Of a stretch of 64,000 nucleotides of DNA, positions 29,865 through 38,621 are shown piece by piece. Position numbers and translations under genes: made by a program. Below the pieces are notes generated by a model that was not told the DNA's origin, made no database searches, and worked only from the letters and a program-made list of their open reading frames with translations. The stretch spans positions 5,642-69,641 of IMG/VR virus record IMGVR_UViG_2700989075_000001. The stretch is one strand, 5' to 3'. Position 1 is the first letter of the stretch. Each line of letters starts with the position of its first letter. Origin of the DNA: a virus (taxonomy: Duplodnaviria; Caudoviricetes).

Positions 29865-30175
29865 TGGCCGCGCACAACTGGCGGGCGCTGCGGACCAAGG
29901 CCCTGGAGAACGGGCACGCCGACATGATGGCCTGGCCGAACATGCACGTGGTGCTCGATGCCATGGAGCAGCTGGGCCTGGAGAGCGCGGTGGCCGGAGC
30001 AAAGACGCAGGTCGAGGCCAAGACGGAAATGACCCGCTACTACGACAAGCTCTACAAGCCCGACCTCACCGCCATGGTGATCAACGGAGACGGGTACCTG
30101 CCGCCGCCGCCGGGGTTCAGCGAGGAGGAGATGGAGGCCAGTTTCGACGCCTTCTTGTCGAGCGGAACACGGTAG
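29864..30175 (+). CDS. T-like ORF; possibly expressed by -1 frameshift from 29496, or from ATG 29864
   Basis: The -1 frame is open across CGC CCT AC at 29832-29839; a TGATG overlap is also present. Confidence 0.6.
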   Translation: MAAHNWRALRTKALENGHADMMAWPNMHVVLDAMEQLGLESAVAGAKTQVEAKTEMTRYYDKLYKPDLTAMVINGDGYLPPPPGFSEEEMEASFDAFLSSGTR

Positions 30176-30193
30176 GCCAGCTATCCTGCACCC

Positions 30194-30613
30194 ATGGCAA
30201 CTACGGCGGTGCTGTTCGACACAGCTGCACCCGCCGGTTCCAAGCTGGACCCCGCCGTCGCCGCCGAGGTGGCGGCGGTTGCGCCGGGCAACCTGGAGCC
30301 CGGCGAGGTAGACACCCTCCACCTGGCCGACGAGTCGGTCACCACGACCAAGATCGCGCCGGGTGCCGTAGGTAGCCCCCAGATCGCCACTGGCGGCGTA
30401 GAAGCGGTAAACCTTGCCGGGGGCTCGGTGGGCACCGCTGCGCTCGCTGGCGGGGCTGTGACAGCCGAAAAAACAGGGACTGGCGTTGTCACCGCCTACG
30501 ACGCCGCCGGTAATCCGGTGCCACGCCGCGAGGTCGAGCTGACCGCCGCCCAGTACCAGGCGCTCGTCACGGCGGGCACCGTGGACCCGAACACGCGGTA
30601 CTTCGTCAGCTGA
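30194..30613 (+). CDS. Small fibre/adaptor protein with 10-aa repeats
   Basis: Repeats such as VTTTKIAPGA / VGSPQIATGG / VEAVNLAGGS; leaderless ATG 6 nt after TATCCT. Confidence 0.7.
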   Translation: MATTAVLFDTAAPAGSKLDPAVAAEVAAVAPGNLEPGEVDTLHLADESVTTTKIAPGAVGSPQIATGGVEAVNLAGGSVGTAALAGGAVTAEKTGTGVVTAYDAAGNPVPRREVELTAAQYQALVTAGTVDPNTRYFVS

Positions 30614-31749
30614 TGCCGGTCTACCAGGGCGCAGCCAACCATCCGGCGTTCACCAAGTGCTACGTCGGCACACAGCGGTACCGAAAAATCTACGACGGCA
30701 CCAGCCTGGTCTGGTCGGACACCCTGATCCACGACGGTTTCGACTGGGACGGCTGGCTCCAGGGATGGATCAACGAGCTGTGTGCCGCCGACGACCTGGG
30801 CGAACTCATCAGCGACGGCTACGGCATGATCGTGGACGGGCTGGGCAACGTGGTCGGATCGACCGTGGCCTACATCCAGGACGGCGTGAACGAGACCGGC
30901 AAGCTGGTGGCGAACGCGGGCACCAGCCTGGTCGACGCCTACTGCGGGGCCTGGGGCGGCAGCGCACCGCCGGACGGGCTCATCGGCCTGGTGAACGGCA
31001 TTCCGATCATCGGCGGCATCCTGGCCGACTGGCTGGCCGGGGACATCGACATCGAAAGCATCATCGGCAGCCTGCCGGTCATTGGCAATATCGCCAAGCA
31101 GATCGGCCTGCTGCCCGACAGTGCCGGGCACCTGCTGGACCCGCTGAACTACGTCATTGACGAGCTGGGCAACGTGGTCGGGACGATCACCTGCGGCAAG
31201 TACACCAACATCGGCGGGGGCATCGGGGAGAACATCTGCTACGTCATCGGCGTGGTCGAGCAGGCGGCGCGCATGTTGGTACCGGATGGGCTCATGTCGC
31301 TGGACCGGCAGGTCAGCTGGGTCCGGCACCCGACCGTGCTGGCCACCGACGACGGATGGGTGGAGACGCAGATCGCCAACGTGGGCAGCCCCGGTTTCAG
31401 CACGCAGGTGTTCCGGCGCTACGCCAACGATGGCAGCCGGGAGCGCGGCGTGGGTATGGACTTCACCGACAGTGCGGTGTCAATCGTGCGCCGCGTGGGC
31501 GGCACCAACACGTTGGTTGCGCCCAACCTGGCGCGGTTCACCGAGGGCGATGTGCTGCGGCTGGACCAGTCCGGCAACACTCACACGCTGCTGCTGAACG
31601 GCACTGACGTGGGTGAATGGCCGGATACCGGCGGCACGGCGGCGACGGGCGCGTCAAACCGCTCGGTGGGCATGTTCATGGAAGGTGCCAAGGAGTTCCT
31701 TGGATCGCGCCGGTTCGGCCCGGCGCTGAATTACCTTGACGCTGGCTAG
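30613..31749 (+). CDS. Minor tail / receptor-binding-like protein
   Basis: N-terminus resembles that of 24198; C-terminal beta-rich lectin-like domain. Confidence 0.65.
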   Translation: MPVYQGAANHPAFTKCYVGTQRYRKIYDGTSLVWSDTLIHDGFDWDGWLQGWINELCAADDLGELISDGYGMIVDGLGNVVGSTVAYIQDGVNETGKLVANAGTSLVDAYCGAWGGSAPPDGLIGLVNGIPIIGGILADWLAGDIDIESIIGSLPVIGNIAKQIGLLPDSAGHLLDPLNYVIDELGNVVGTITCGKYTNIGGGIGENICYVIGVVEQAARMLVPDGLMSLDRQVSWVRHPTVLATDDGWVETQIANVGSPGFSTQVFRRYANDGSRERGVGMDFTDSAVSIVRRVGGTNTLVAPNLARFTEGDVLRLDQSGNTHTLLLNGTDVGEWPDTGGTAATGASNRSVGMFMEGAKEFLGSRRFGPALNYLDAG

Positions 31750-31929
31750 TTCTCGATTGTCGCGGTAGCGCAGCCACGACCAGCCCCCGACCAGCGCCGC
31801 GCCTGCGGCGGCGCTGATGCCGGGGTGCGGGTTCGCAGCGAAGAACGACGCGGCCAGTAGGAGCACACCTGTTCCACCCATGAGGGCGACAGTAACGGGT
31901 CGGCTGTACCGGCGCGCGTGGCGTGTCAT
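31654..31929 (-). CDS. Small 2-TM membrane protein (3' end overlaps the convergent tail gene)
   Basis: TAATG coupling to the upstream HTH gene; two hydrophobic segments. Confidence 0.45.
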   Translation of the reverse strand: MTRHARRYSRPVTVALMGGTGVLLLAASFFAANPHPGISAAAGAALVGGWSWLRYRDNRELASVKVIQRRAEPARSKELLGTFHEHAHRAV

Positions 31930-32135
31930 TACCGACCGCCCCACCAGCCACGGCCGGGGCGCTCGGCGTGCCAAGCGTCGATAGTCTCCGGCAGCCAGCC
32001 CTTGTGACGGCCCACCACCACATCATGCGGCGGCAGGTCGATCCCCGACAAGCTGCGGACGGACTTCATGCCGAGGCGCTTGGCCACGTCCTGGCGGCTG
32101 AGGTACACCGGCACCTTGCGTTCAGTGGTGGTCAC
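31929..32135 (-). CDS. AlpA/excisionase-like helix-turn-helix DNA-binding protein
   Basis: YLSRQDVAKRLG...LPPHD...GWLPETIDAW. Confidence 0.75.
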   Translation of the reverse strand: MTTTERKVPVYLSRQDVAKRLGMKSVRSLSGIDLPPHDVVVGRHKGWLPETIDAWHAERPGRGWWGGR

Positions 32136-32557
32136 CGCACGCTCCTTTCACGGGCTGTGGAGTTCCCCGACATCGTAAGGGTAATTCGAGGCAGCTTGGG
32201 GTCACCGGCAACGATGACGGCGGCGCGTCCGGCCACCAGACGCTCCCATTCCCACTGACCGCCCGCCTCCACAGCAATGTTGACCTCGCGGTCTGGATCG
32301 GCTTCGGCAGCGTCGATCACGCGGGCCACGTGATCATCGAATGCGTCCACCAGCTGCTCCACCTCGGTGAGCATCCCCGGCGGGCACTTGTCCGCGCCGC
32401 TCTCGATACGCTGGTAATCACGCCGGGGCTTGCCCAGCTTGAGCGCCATGCTGCGCTGGTCCAGCCCGATGTAGAGCCGGTAATTCCTGATCAGCTCGCC
32501 CAGCCCGTAGGTGTGCTCCGTAGGCTGCGGGGCTGCGGGCAGCTCGGTGACGGTCAT
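32132..32557 (-). CDS. XRE/Cro-CI-type HTH DNA-binding protein
   Basis: GELIRNYRLYIGLDQRSMALKLGKPRRDYQRIESG; AAAGGA RBS. Confidence 0.75.
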   Translation of the reverse strand: MTVTELPAAPQPTEHTYGLGELIRNYRLYIGLDQRSMALKLGKPRRDYQRIESGADKCPPGMLTEVEQLVDAFDDHVARVIDAAEADPDREVNIAVEAGGQWEWERLVAGRAAVIVAGDPKLPRITLTMSGNSTARERSVR

Positions 32558-32580
32558 GTGCTTGTCCTTTCGTGGTGCCA

Positions 32581-32609
32581 GCCCCGGCACCGAGGGGCGG
32601 TGCCGGGGC
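32581..32609 (-). terminator. Perfect 12-bp GC hairpin after the first gene of cassette B
   Basis: GCCCCGGCACCG-AGGGG-CGGTGCCGGGGC; no U-tract. Confidence 0.55.
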
Positions 32610-32627
32610 CGGGTAGGTGGCTGGTGT

Positions 32628-33362
32628 TCACCAGCCTGCTTTCGCGGCGCAGACGGGGCCGATGCCACGGGCGCGGCTTTCGTCGTTGGTGAGCTGGCGA
32701 CCGCAGATACCGCACTCGCCGATTTCGTGGCCGTAGCGGGCGCTGGCGGCTTCGGCACCGACGGCGGCGATGCGGGCCAGGATCGCCCGGCCCTGCTTCA
32801 TGCTCAGCTTCTGCTCGTCGCTGCCGATGATCTGCTTGACGAACACGTATCCGGCCCAGCGGCCGGACTCGGGGCGGTCGACCTTGTAGAACGCGGTGCC
32901 GTTGACCGCGTGAACCTGCGTGTCGATGGCGTAGCGCCCGGCGGGCACCTCCACGGTGCTGTCCTCATGGCGACGGTCGTCAATGCGGACGTTGGCCTCG
33001 GTGGGCAGGCTCTTGAGCCAGTCGATGAACGCGCTGGCACCCTTACGGGTGAACGGTGCCCAAGCGAACGCCTGCTCGGGGGCGGCGTCGGCAATGCAGT
33101 GGGCCAGGGCCTGGTTCAGGCGCTCGCCCAGCTCGTCGGCGGTGGCGATGTTCACCAAGCCGAAGTCGTCGGACTTCACCGGGTCGGTCAGCACGTCGAG
33201 CAGCAGGTTGATCACGGCGGCGCGGCTGATGTACTTGTCCACGCCCTGGGCCTGCTGCCACTTGCGGGTGCTGAGCAGATCGCGGATGAAATTCAGTTGG
33301 CCCTCGCTGGCGGCAACGACGAGGCTGGCCGGGGCGGTGCTGGTGGCGAACGGTGAACCCAT
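32628..33362 (-). CDS. Protein with C-terminal DUF6011-like Zn-binding motif
   Basis: CGICGRQLTNDESRARGIGPVC; AAGGAG RBS; downstream of cassette B. Confidence 0.75.
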   Translation of the reverse strand: MGSPFATSTAPASLVVAASEGQLNFIRDLLSTRKWQQAQGVDKYISRAAVINLLLDVLTDPVKSDDFGLVNIATADELGERLNQALAHCIADAAPEQAFAWAPFTRKGASAFIDWLKSLPTEANVRIDDRRHEDSTVEVPAGRYAIDTQVHAVNGTAFYKVDRPESGRWAGYVFVKQIIGSDEQKLSMKQGRAILARIAAVGAEAASARYGHEIGECGICGRQLTNDESRARGIGPVCAAKAGW

Positions 33363-33382
33363 GATTACTCCTTGATCGCGGC

Positions 33383-33443
33383 GGCGGGGCTGTCCCGCCT
33401 GGCTGATGCGACCATACTAACCCGCCTTAGTCGGGTAAGTCAA
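33383..33443 (-). promoter_or_regulatory. Repeated promoter-operator-hairpin cassette, copy B (core CCTTAGT)
   Basis: TTGACT-N18-TAGTAT with the same operator and hairpin as copy A. Confidence 0.85.
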
Positions 33444-33467
33444 CAGCGGCATTGCTACCATCGCCCG

Positions 33468-35201
33468 GTGAGCTTCATCCGGTCGAAATTTGCCGCCCGC
33501 GCCCTGCTGACCGTCGACCAGTGGATCGCCATTTTCGTGGCGGTCGCGGATGAGCTGGACATGCCCGACAAGCGCGGCGCGGTGGTGTGCGCCGCCATGT
33601 GCGCCTTCCAGGAGGCCGGTGCCGATCTGAACGACGGCAACGGGCGGCAAATCTGGATCCCCGGCAACATGGCCGACCCCTGCTACGCCGACGACCCCGA
33701 CGCCTACCCGCACGACAGCGAAGGCAACGACGGGCAGTCCACCGGCCCGTTCCAGCAGCAGATGAACCAGCCGGGGAAAGCGCCCTGGGGCTGGGGCGGC
33801 AACTACGGCGATTGCAACGGCACCCGCAAGAGGATGGACCCGTGGGACAGCACGCGCATGTTCTTCGGCTGGCCGGGCAGCGGGCTGCGGGACAAGGGCT
33901 ACGACGCCAGCACCGCCCAGCGCGCCAACGACAGCATCCAGCGCGTACAGGGCAGCGGCGTGCCGCAGGCGTACGCCCAGTGGTGGGGCCTGGCGAACGC
34001 CGCCTATGACCGATACCTGGGCAACCCGATCCCGGCACCGCCCAGCCCCGGCGCGGGCAGCAGCGGCGCTCCGGCGCTGATACCGAACCCGGCCTGGCGC
34101 GGCGACCCGCTGTTCCTGCCGCAGCTGCTGCGGGCGTTTGGCGTCAGCGTGACCACCTACACCGACGCCGACGGCATCCGGTGGGACCAGCGCGGGCATG
34201 GCGACTTCGGGCGCATTTCGTGGGTGCTGTGGCACCACACCGGCAGCATCAACGAGACGGACAACGGCATCGCGCACCATCCGGCGCTGGGCCTGGCCGC
34301 AAACATGCTGATCCACCCCGATGGGCACGTGGTGCTCACCGGCAGCGGCATCGCCTGGCACGGCGGCATCGGGGTGTACCCCGGCATCCCAGAGGACGGC
34401 ATCAACCAGGTCAGCATTGGGATCGAGTGCAGCTACGGGCCGGACCGCGACGGCAACTACACGATCCCCTGGCCCGAGGCGCAGATGAACGCCATGATCG
34501 CGGTCGGCGGTGCGATCAGCTGGTTCCTGGGCGACACGCTGCCGCCGTCGCACCAGATCGCTCACAAGGAATGGGCCGGGCGCGATAACCCGCTCGGCAT
34601 CAACAAGCAGGGCAAGCCGGACCCCGGCAACCTGAACATGACGTGGTTCCGCGAGCAGATCGCGGCGCGCGCAGCTGCTGGCCCCACAACCGGAGGAGAC
34701 TGGATGTCCGACCCCGACGCCCTGACCATGCTCAGGGACATTCACCGCGAGACCGTGACGCAGAAGTCGCCCAGCCGGTCGTTCATGGCCGAGGACGGCA
34801 CGCTGATCGACAGCCCTCTGGGCATCGACTGGAACATCGACGGCAATGCCTGGACCCTGGTGCTGACCGAGGCGTACTGGAACGACACCCCGCTGGCCAT
34901 CAGCGTGGTCGAGGACATCGCCGCCAACGGCGTGCGGCAGTCCAGCTGGGCGGGGTCGGCCGACAAGGACAGCGAGGTCAAGTTCAACCAGTGGTTGCGG
35001 GACTTCGGCCAGGCGTACTGCCAGGGGCTGGTCCGGCGTAAGGCCCAGTGGAACGCGCTGGTCGCTGCGGTATCGGCCCTGGCTGCCGCCCAGGCGAACG
35101 CAACCGTCGCCGCCGAGGCAACCACCAAGGCAGCGCCCAAGAAGCGCGTACCGCGCAAGACAGCCGCGAAGAAGCCCGCCACGACCGGCGGCGCAGAATG
35201 A
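33468..35201 (+). CDS. lysA: Lysin A (endolysin): N-terminal lysozyme-like domain plus Zn-amidase
   Basis: Amidase_2 residues HHTG...AWHGG...SIGIE...HKEW...KPDPG. N-domain QEAG...STGPFQQ...WG...RMDP. Leaderless GTG 6 nt after TACCAT. Confidence 0.9.
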   Translation: MSFIRSKFAARALLTVDQWIAIFVAVADELDMPDKRGAVVCAAMCAFQEAGADLNDGNGRQIWIPGNMADPCYADDPDAYPHDSEGNDGQSTGPFQQQMNQPGKAPWGWGGNYGDCNGTRKRMDPWDSTRMFFGWPGSGLRDKGYDASTAQRANDSIQRVQGSGVPQAYAQWWGLANAAYDRYLGNPIPAPPSPGAGSSGAPALIPNPAWRGDPLFLPQLLRAFGVSVTTYTDADGIRWDQRGHGDFGRISWVLWHHTGSINETDNGIAHHPALGLAANMLIHPDGHVVLTGSGIAWHGGIGVYPGIPEDGINQVSIGIECSYGPDRDGNYTIPWPEAQMNAMIAVGGAISWFLGDTLPPSHQIAHKEWAGRDNPLGINKQGKPDPGNLNMTWFREQIAARAAAGPTTGGDWMSDPDALTMLRDIHRETVTQKSPSRSFMAEDGTLIDSPLGIDWNIDGNAWTLVLTEAYWNDTPLAISVVEDIAANGVRQSSWAGSADKDSEVKFNQWLRDFGQAYCQGLVRRKAQWNALVAAVSALAAAQANATVAAEATTKAAPKKRVPRKTAAKKPATTGGAE

Positions 35202-36532
35202 CCGCCCCGGCCCCGGCCTGGCACCCGCCCAACACGGTGGGCGATGTCGACCCGAACATCGTGCTGGCCAAGCAGAAGCTGGCCAAGTACAGCTACGGCA
35301 AGCCCGCCAACGACGGCACCCCGGTGTACACCGCCGAGTTCGGCGCGGCGCTGGCCGAGTTCCAGCGGCGGCGCAATGTCGAGATTGACCAGGGCAAGTA
35401 TCTGCCGCCGCGCATGACCGCCCTGGGCACCCTGGACTACAACACCAAGGTCCAGATGGAGATTGTGCCCCGCGCTGGCGGCGGCGCGAATCCGCCACCG
35501 GCCACCATCATCACCGACTGTCATTTCCTGTCCAGCCCCGGCAGCGGCGCGGACTGGTGGGTCGGCCCCAGCTTCGAGGTAGGGGAGTGGCTTAAGAACA
35601 ACGCGGGCGTCCGGCACTGGCCGCTCGGGTATCCCAAGGGCGGCTATCTGGGCCTGATGGGCGGCGACAGCGCCCAGAGCTACCTGGACACCATCGCGCT
35701 GGAGGGCGTGGAGCTGGAGCGGCGCATCCGCGAGGACATCCTGACGTTGTACGACATCACGCTGACCCCCGGCGAAGCCATCAGCATGGAGGACATCGAC
35801 CAGCTGCCCACCGGGTTCAAGATCATCCTGTCCGGCTACAGCCAGTCGGCCGACGGCATCATCCGCGCGGCTGAGCGGCTGTTCGGTGACGGCGGCGTGT
35901 TCGTGGCGCTGCGCCGCTTCGTCAAGGGCATCCTGGCGTTCGGCAACCCTGCCCGGCAGGGCGGTGCCACCCGGTACGGGCGCAGCCCGCGCGGCAAGGG
36001 AATCAGCGGGTACGTGGCCCCGAGCTGGCTGGCGGCGCTCATCATCGACGTGGTGACCGAGACGCCCACCGCGCCGGACTTCTACGCCTGCAATGTCAGC
36101 CCCATCGCCACGGCGGTCTACGAGGTCGTTATCCACGCCGAGACCGAACTGCCGTTCGTGTTGTACCTGGCCAAGCTGGTCATCCCCACCATCCTGAGCC
36201 TGGTCAGCGGCGGCATCTTCGGAGCGGGCGGCATCGGCGGGCAGCTGGGCAGCGCGGCCACGGTGCCGATCCTGGCGGGCCTCACCGGCATGAGCGGCGG
36301 GCAGCTGCTGCCGTTCGTCAACATGGCCCAGCAGGGCGACGATGCGCTGCTCCAGCCGTTGATCGCCGCGCTCACGCCTACGGGCTTGCTGCTGAGCCTG
36401 CCGCAGCTCATCGGGCTGTTGCTGGCGCTGCCCGGCATCCAGACGCACGGCGAATACCACCTGCCCAAGCAGGAGTTCGGCGGGCGCACGGGCATCCAGG
36501 TGGGAATCGACCTGATCAGGCCCCTGTTGTAA
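35198..36532 (+). CDS. lysB: Lysin B (mycolylarabinogalactan esterase)
   Basis: N-terminal PG-binding-like helices; cutinase-like SGYSQSA, FGNPAR, DFYA and a C-terminal H; follows lysA. Confidence 0.85.
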   Translation: MTAPAPAWHPPNTVGDVDPNIVLAKQKLAKYSYGKPANDGTPVYTAEFGAALAEFQRRRNVEIDQGKYLPPRMTALGTLDYNTKVQMEIVPRAGGGANPPPATIITDCHFLSSPGSGADWWVGPSFEVGEWLKNNAGVRHWPLGYPKGGYLGLMGGDSAQSYLDTIALEGVELERRIREDILTLYDITLTPGEAISMEDIDQLPTGFKIILSGYSQSADGIIRAAERLFGDGGVFVALRRFVKGILAFGNPARQGGATRYGRSPRGKGISGYVAPSWLAALIIDVVTETPTAPDFYACNVSPIATAVYEVVIHAETELPFVLYLAKLVIPTILSLVSGGIFGAGGIGGQLGSAATVPILAGLTGMSGGQLLPFVNMAQQGDDALLQPLIAALTPTGLLLSLPQLIGLLLALPGIQTHGEYHLPKQEFGGRTGIQVGIDLIRPLL

Positions 36533-36541
36533 CCTGCACAT

Positions 36542-36615
36542 AGCGGCTCTCGTGGTTGTGGGTCCAGCGGGCGAAGCCCCGACACCTGGGGAAGGTGCCG
36601 GGGCTTCGTTTCGTT
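36542..36615 (+). ncRNA. Candidate small RNA (or lysB 3' UTR) antisense to start-associated motifs
   Basis: TAACCT -10 at 36530-36535, seed TCGTGGTTGTGGGTC at 36550-36564, followed by an intrinsic terminator. Confidence 0.4.
36572..36615. terminator. Intrinsic terminator between convergent lysB and replication block
   Basis: CGAAGCCCCGACACC / GGTGCCGGGGCTTCG stem followed by TTTCGTT. Confidence 0.85.
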
Positions 36616-36625
36616 CAGCCGGGTG

Positions 36626-37234
36626 TCAGCTGATGGACTTGCGCCACTCCTGGTAGAGCGCCTTGTCCTCGTCGGACCCGGCAGCCAGGATGTACGGCGC
36701 GGACTGGTTGGGCTTCTTGTTGCCCTTCACGATCCGGCCCAGCAGCCAGGCGGTGCCCTTGTCGAGCGCCCGCTTACCCTCGCGGACCAGCGCCTTGTTG
36801 AAGATCATCACGTCATCCAACCGCTCGCCCACCTCGTAGGGCTCGCAGGTCTCCACCTCGCCGTCGCGGTTGAGGAAGGCGTAGCCCTCATCGGTGGCAA
36901 CGGTGTTGTTGGCGTTCGGCGTGCCGGGCTGCGGCAGCGTCAGCGGGATGATGTCGGCGCGAATGAACTCCTGCTCCTCGTTCTGCTTGGACACGCTGGT
37001 GCTCATGCTGCCGTGCTCGGTCGGGTGCATGAGGACGAGCTGGCCCAGGAAGAACGCGGGCTTGTAGCCGCTGATGCCGGTGGGGTCACTGGCAGCGAAC
37101 GGGTCGCCCTTGCCCAGGCTGGTTTCCTCACCGACGTTGGCCACGTCGTCAGGGCCGGGAAGCGGTGCCTTGGCGGCAGCGGCGGGCTTGGCGGCGGTGG
37201 CGGTGCCACCCTTCTTGTCAAACGGGCTGGGCAT
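36626..37234 (-). CDS. Hypothetical protein, possibly ssDNA-binding
   Basis: AAGGAG RBS at ATG 37234; follows the nuclease and helicase genes. Function inferred from position only. Confidence 0.6.
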   Translation of the reverse strand: MPSPFDKKGGTATAAKPAAAAKAPLPGPDDVANVGEETSLGKGDPFAASDPTGISGYKPAFFLGQLVLMHPTEHGSMSTSVSKQNEEQEFIRADIIPLTLPQPGTPNANNTVATDEGYAFLNRDGEVETCEPYEVGERLDDVMIFNKALVREGKRALDKGTAWLLGRIVKGNKKPNQSAPYILAAGSDEDKALYQEWRKSIS

Positions 37235-37271
37235 TGTGGTTGCTCCTTGGTGTTGGTGTGGTGATGGTTGG

Positions 37272-38621
37272 TTAAAACAGTTCGGCGATGGTTTCGGCGA
37301 ACTCCCCCAGGGCGTCGTCCCAGACATCCTGGTAGGTCTCATAGACAGCCTGGCCCTCTTCCAGGCTGGCAATCTCGCTCAGCGCCAGGCGTGCGGTGGC
37401 GTAGCGCACCGCCTCCTTGCTGGGCATCGGTACGGCGTGCTGCGGTACCAGCTTCTCGGCCTCCTTGCGGCGTCGGCGGGTGTCCAGGCTGGCCACCATG
37501 GTCTCGGCACCCCAGGTGAGGTCGATCGTGATGGCAGCCGCCTTCTCGGGCTGGTTGCTGGGCACGTGCAGCAGGATGGCGAAGTCGGTACGAATCTCGG
37601 GCATGGGCTCCCAGCTCTTGCCGTCAATGGCCAGAATCTTGGTGGCCCAGCCGTACACGCCGCCCACCTGCACCCCGAACGGCAGCCAGCTGTACTCCAG
37701 GGACTTGCTGGTTTTCACGTCGCCCAGCACCAGCTCCCCAGTGGTGACCAGCTTGAAAATCCGGTCGATCTTGCCCGCCACCGGCTCCTCGCCCCGGTCG
37801 TTGAGCACGGTGCGCTCGACGTACTCGGGCAGCGCCACGATGCCCCGGTGGGCCATCACCTTGCGGGCATAGTGCACGTGTGGCCGGACCACCTCGGGCA
37901 CCTGGTGCAGCAGCACCAGCCCGCAGTCCAGGGCCTCCAGCCAGGCGTGGGCGCATTCGCCCAGCTCGCGGGCGTCGGCCCCGCCCATGCAATTGTCGAT
38001 GGTCTCCAGCACGGCGTCCACGCGGGTGACCTTGGGCTGGTTCATGGCCTCGTCCAGCAGGCCGATCAGATCGGCGGCGGTGACCTTCTCGGGGATGCCG
38101 TCGTCGTACACCACGGTGGCCGGGTCCATGCGCAGCAGCGACACGATGCGCTTGACGGTCTCGCGGGTGCCCCACTTGTTCAGCCCGTAAGTGTCGTCCA
38201 GTGTCTTGGCGATGGTGGTGGCGCGCGGGTAGCCCGTGGGCCTGCCAGTGCTGGGGCTCGGCAGCTGGTACCAGCCCCAGCCGTTGAACTTGCTCTCGGC
38301 ACGCGGCGGGGCAGGCGGAAGCGGGTAGTGCATCCACTGCGTCACGCGCTCCGGCACGATCACCTCGCCGTCGGCGTCAATCTCTGTCGGGGCTGTACGG
38401 GCCATAGCGGGCTTCTCCTTGGTTGATGGGGTGGTTGTGTCGGCCGGGGCCTGTTCGTGCGTCTGTGCGGCAGCCAGCGGGGCAGGCGCGTCGACTGCGC
38501 GGTAGTCGGGATGGGCCTGGGCTAGGTCGCTGGTCCACCCGTCCCCGGTCTCGCCCCGGTACCAGGTGGTGCCGTTGGTGTCCGTGCGTGCCGGGTACTG
38601 CACCGCCATGCTGGCCATCAC
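37272..38621 (-). CDS. PD-(D/E)XK (RecB/Cas4-like) exonuclease
   Basis: G..AHAWLE, AGKIDRI, LVLGDVKT. Strong alternative start at 38405. Confidence 0.8.
   Translation of the reverse strand: MMASMAVQYPARTDTNGTTWYRGETGDGWTSDLAQAHPDYRAVDAPAPLAAAQTHEQAPADTTTPSTKEKPAMARTAPTEIDADGEVIVPERVTQWMHYPLPPAPPRAESKFNGWGWYQLPSPSTGRPTGYPRATTIAKTLDDTYGLNKWGTRETVKRIVSLLRMDPATVVYDDGIPEKVTAADLIGLLDEAMNQPKVTRVDAVLETIDNCMGGADARELGECAHAWLEALDCGLVLLHQVPEVVRPHVHYARKVMAHRGIVALPEYVERTVLNDRGEEPVAGKIDRIFKLVTTGELVLGDVKTSKSLEYSWLPFGVQVGGVYGWATKILAIDGKSWEPMPEIRTDFAILLHVPSNQPEKAAAITIDLTWGAETMVASLDTRRRRKEAEKLVPQHAVPMPSKEAVRYATARLALSEIASLEEGQAVYETYQDVWDDALGEFAETIAELF

Noticed and set aside
31929-32557. HTH pair as a lysogeny (repressor/excisionase) module
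   Set aside because: No integrase, partition ATPase or attP-like site is visible in the window.
34742-36541. 599-aa antisense ORF opposite lysB with an upstream ACAACCACGAGAG
   Set aside because: Composition is shadow-like, the SD is weak and it lies beyond a terminator hairpin. It is kept only as the alternative explanation for the sRNA seed.
37272-38621. Cas4-like nuclease as part of a CRISPR system
   Set aside because: It is a stand-alone PD-(D/E)XK nuclease in a replication block with no array.
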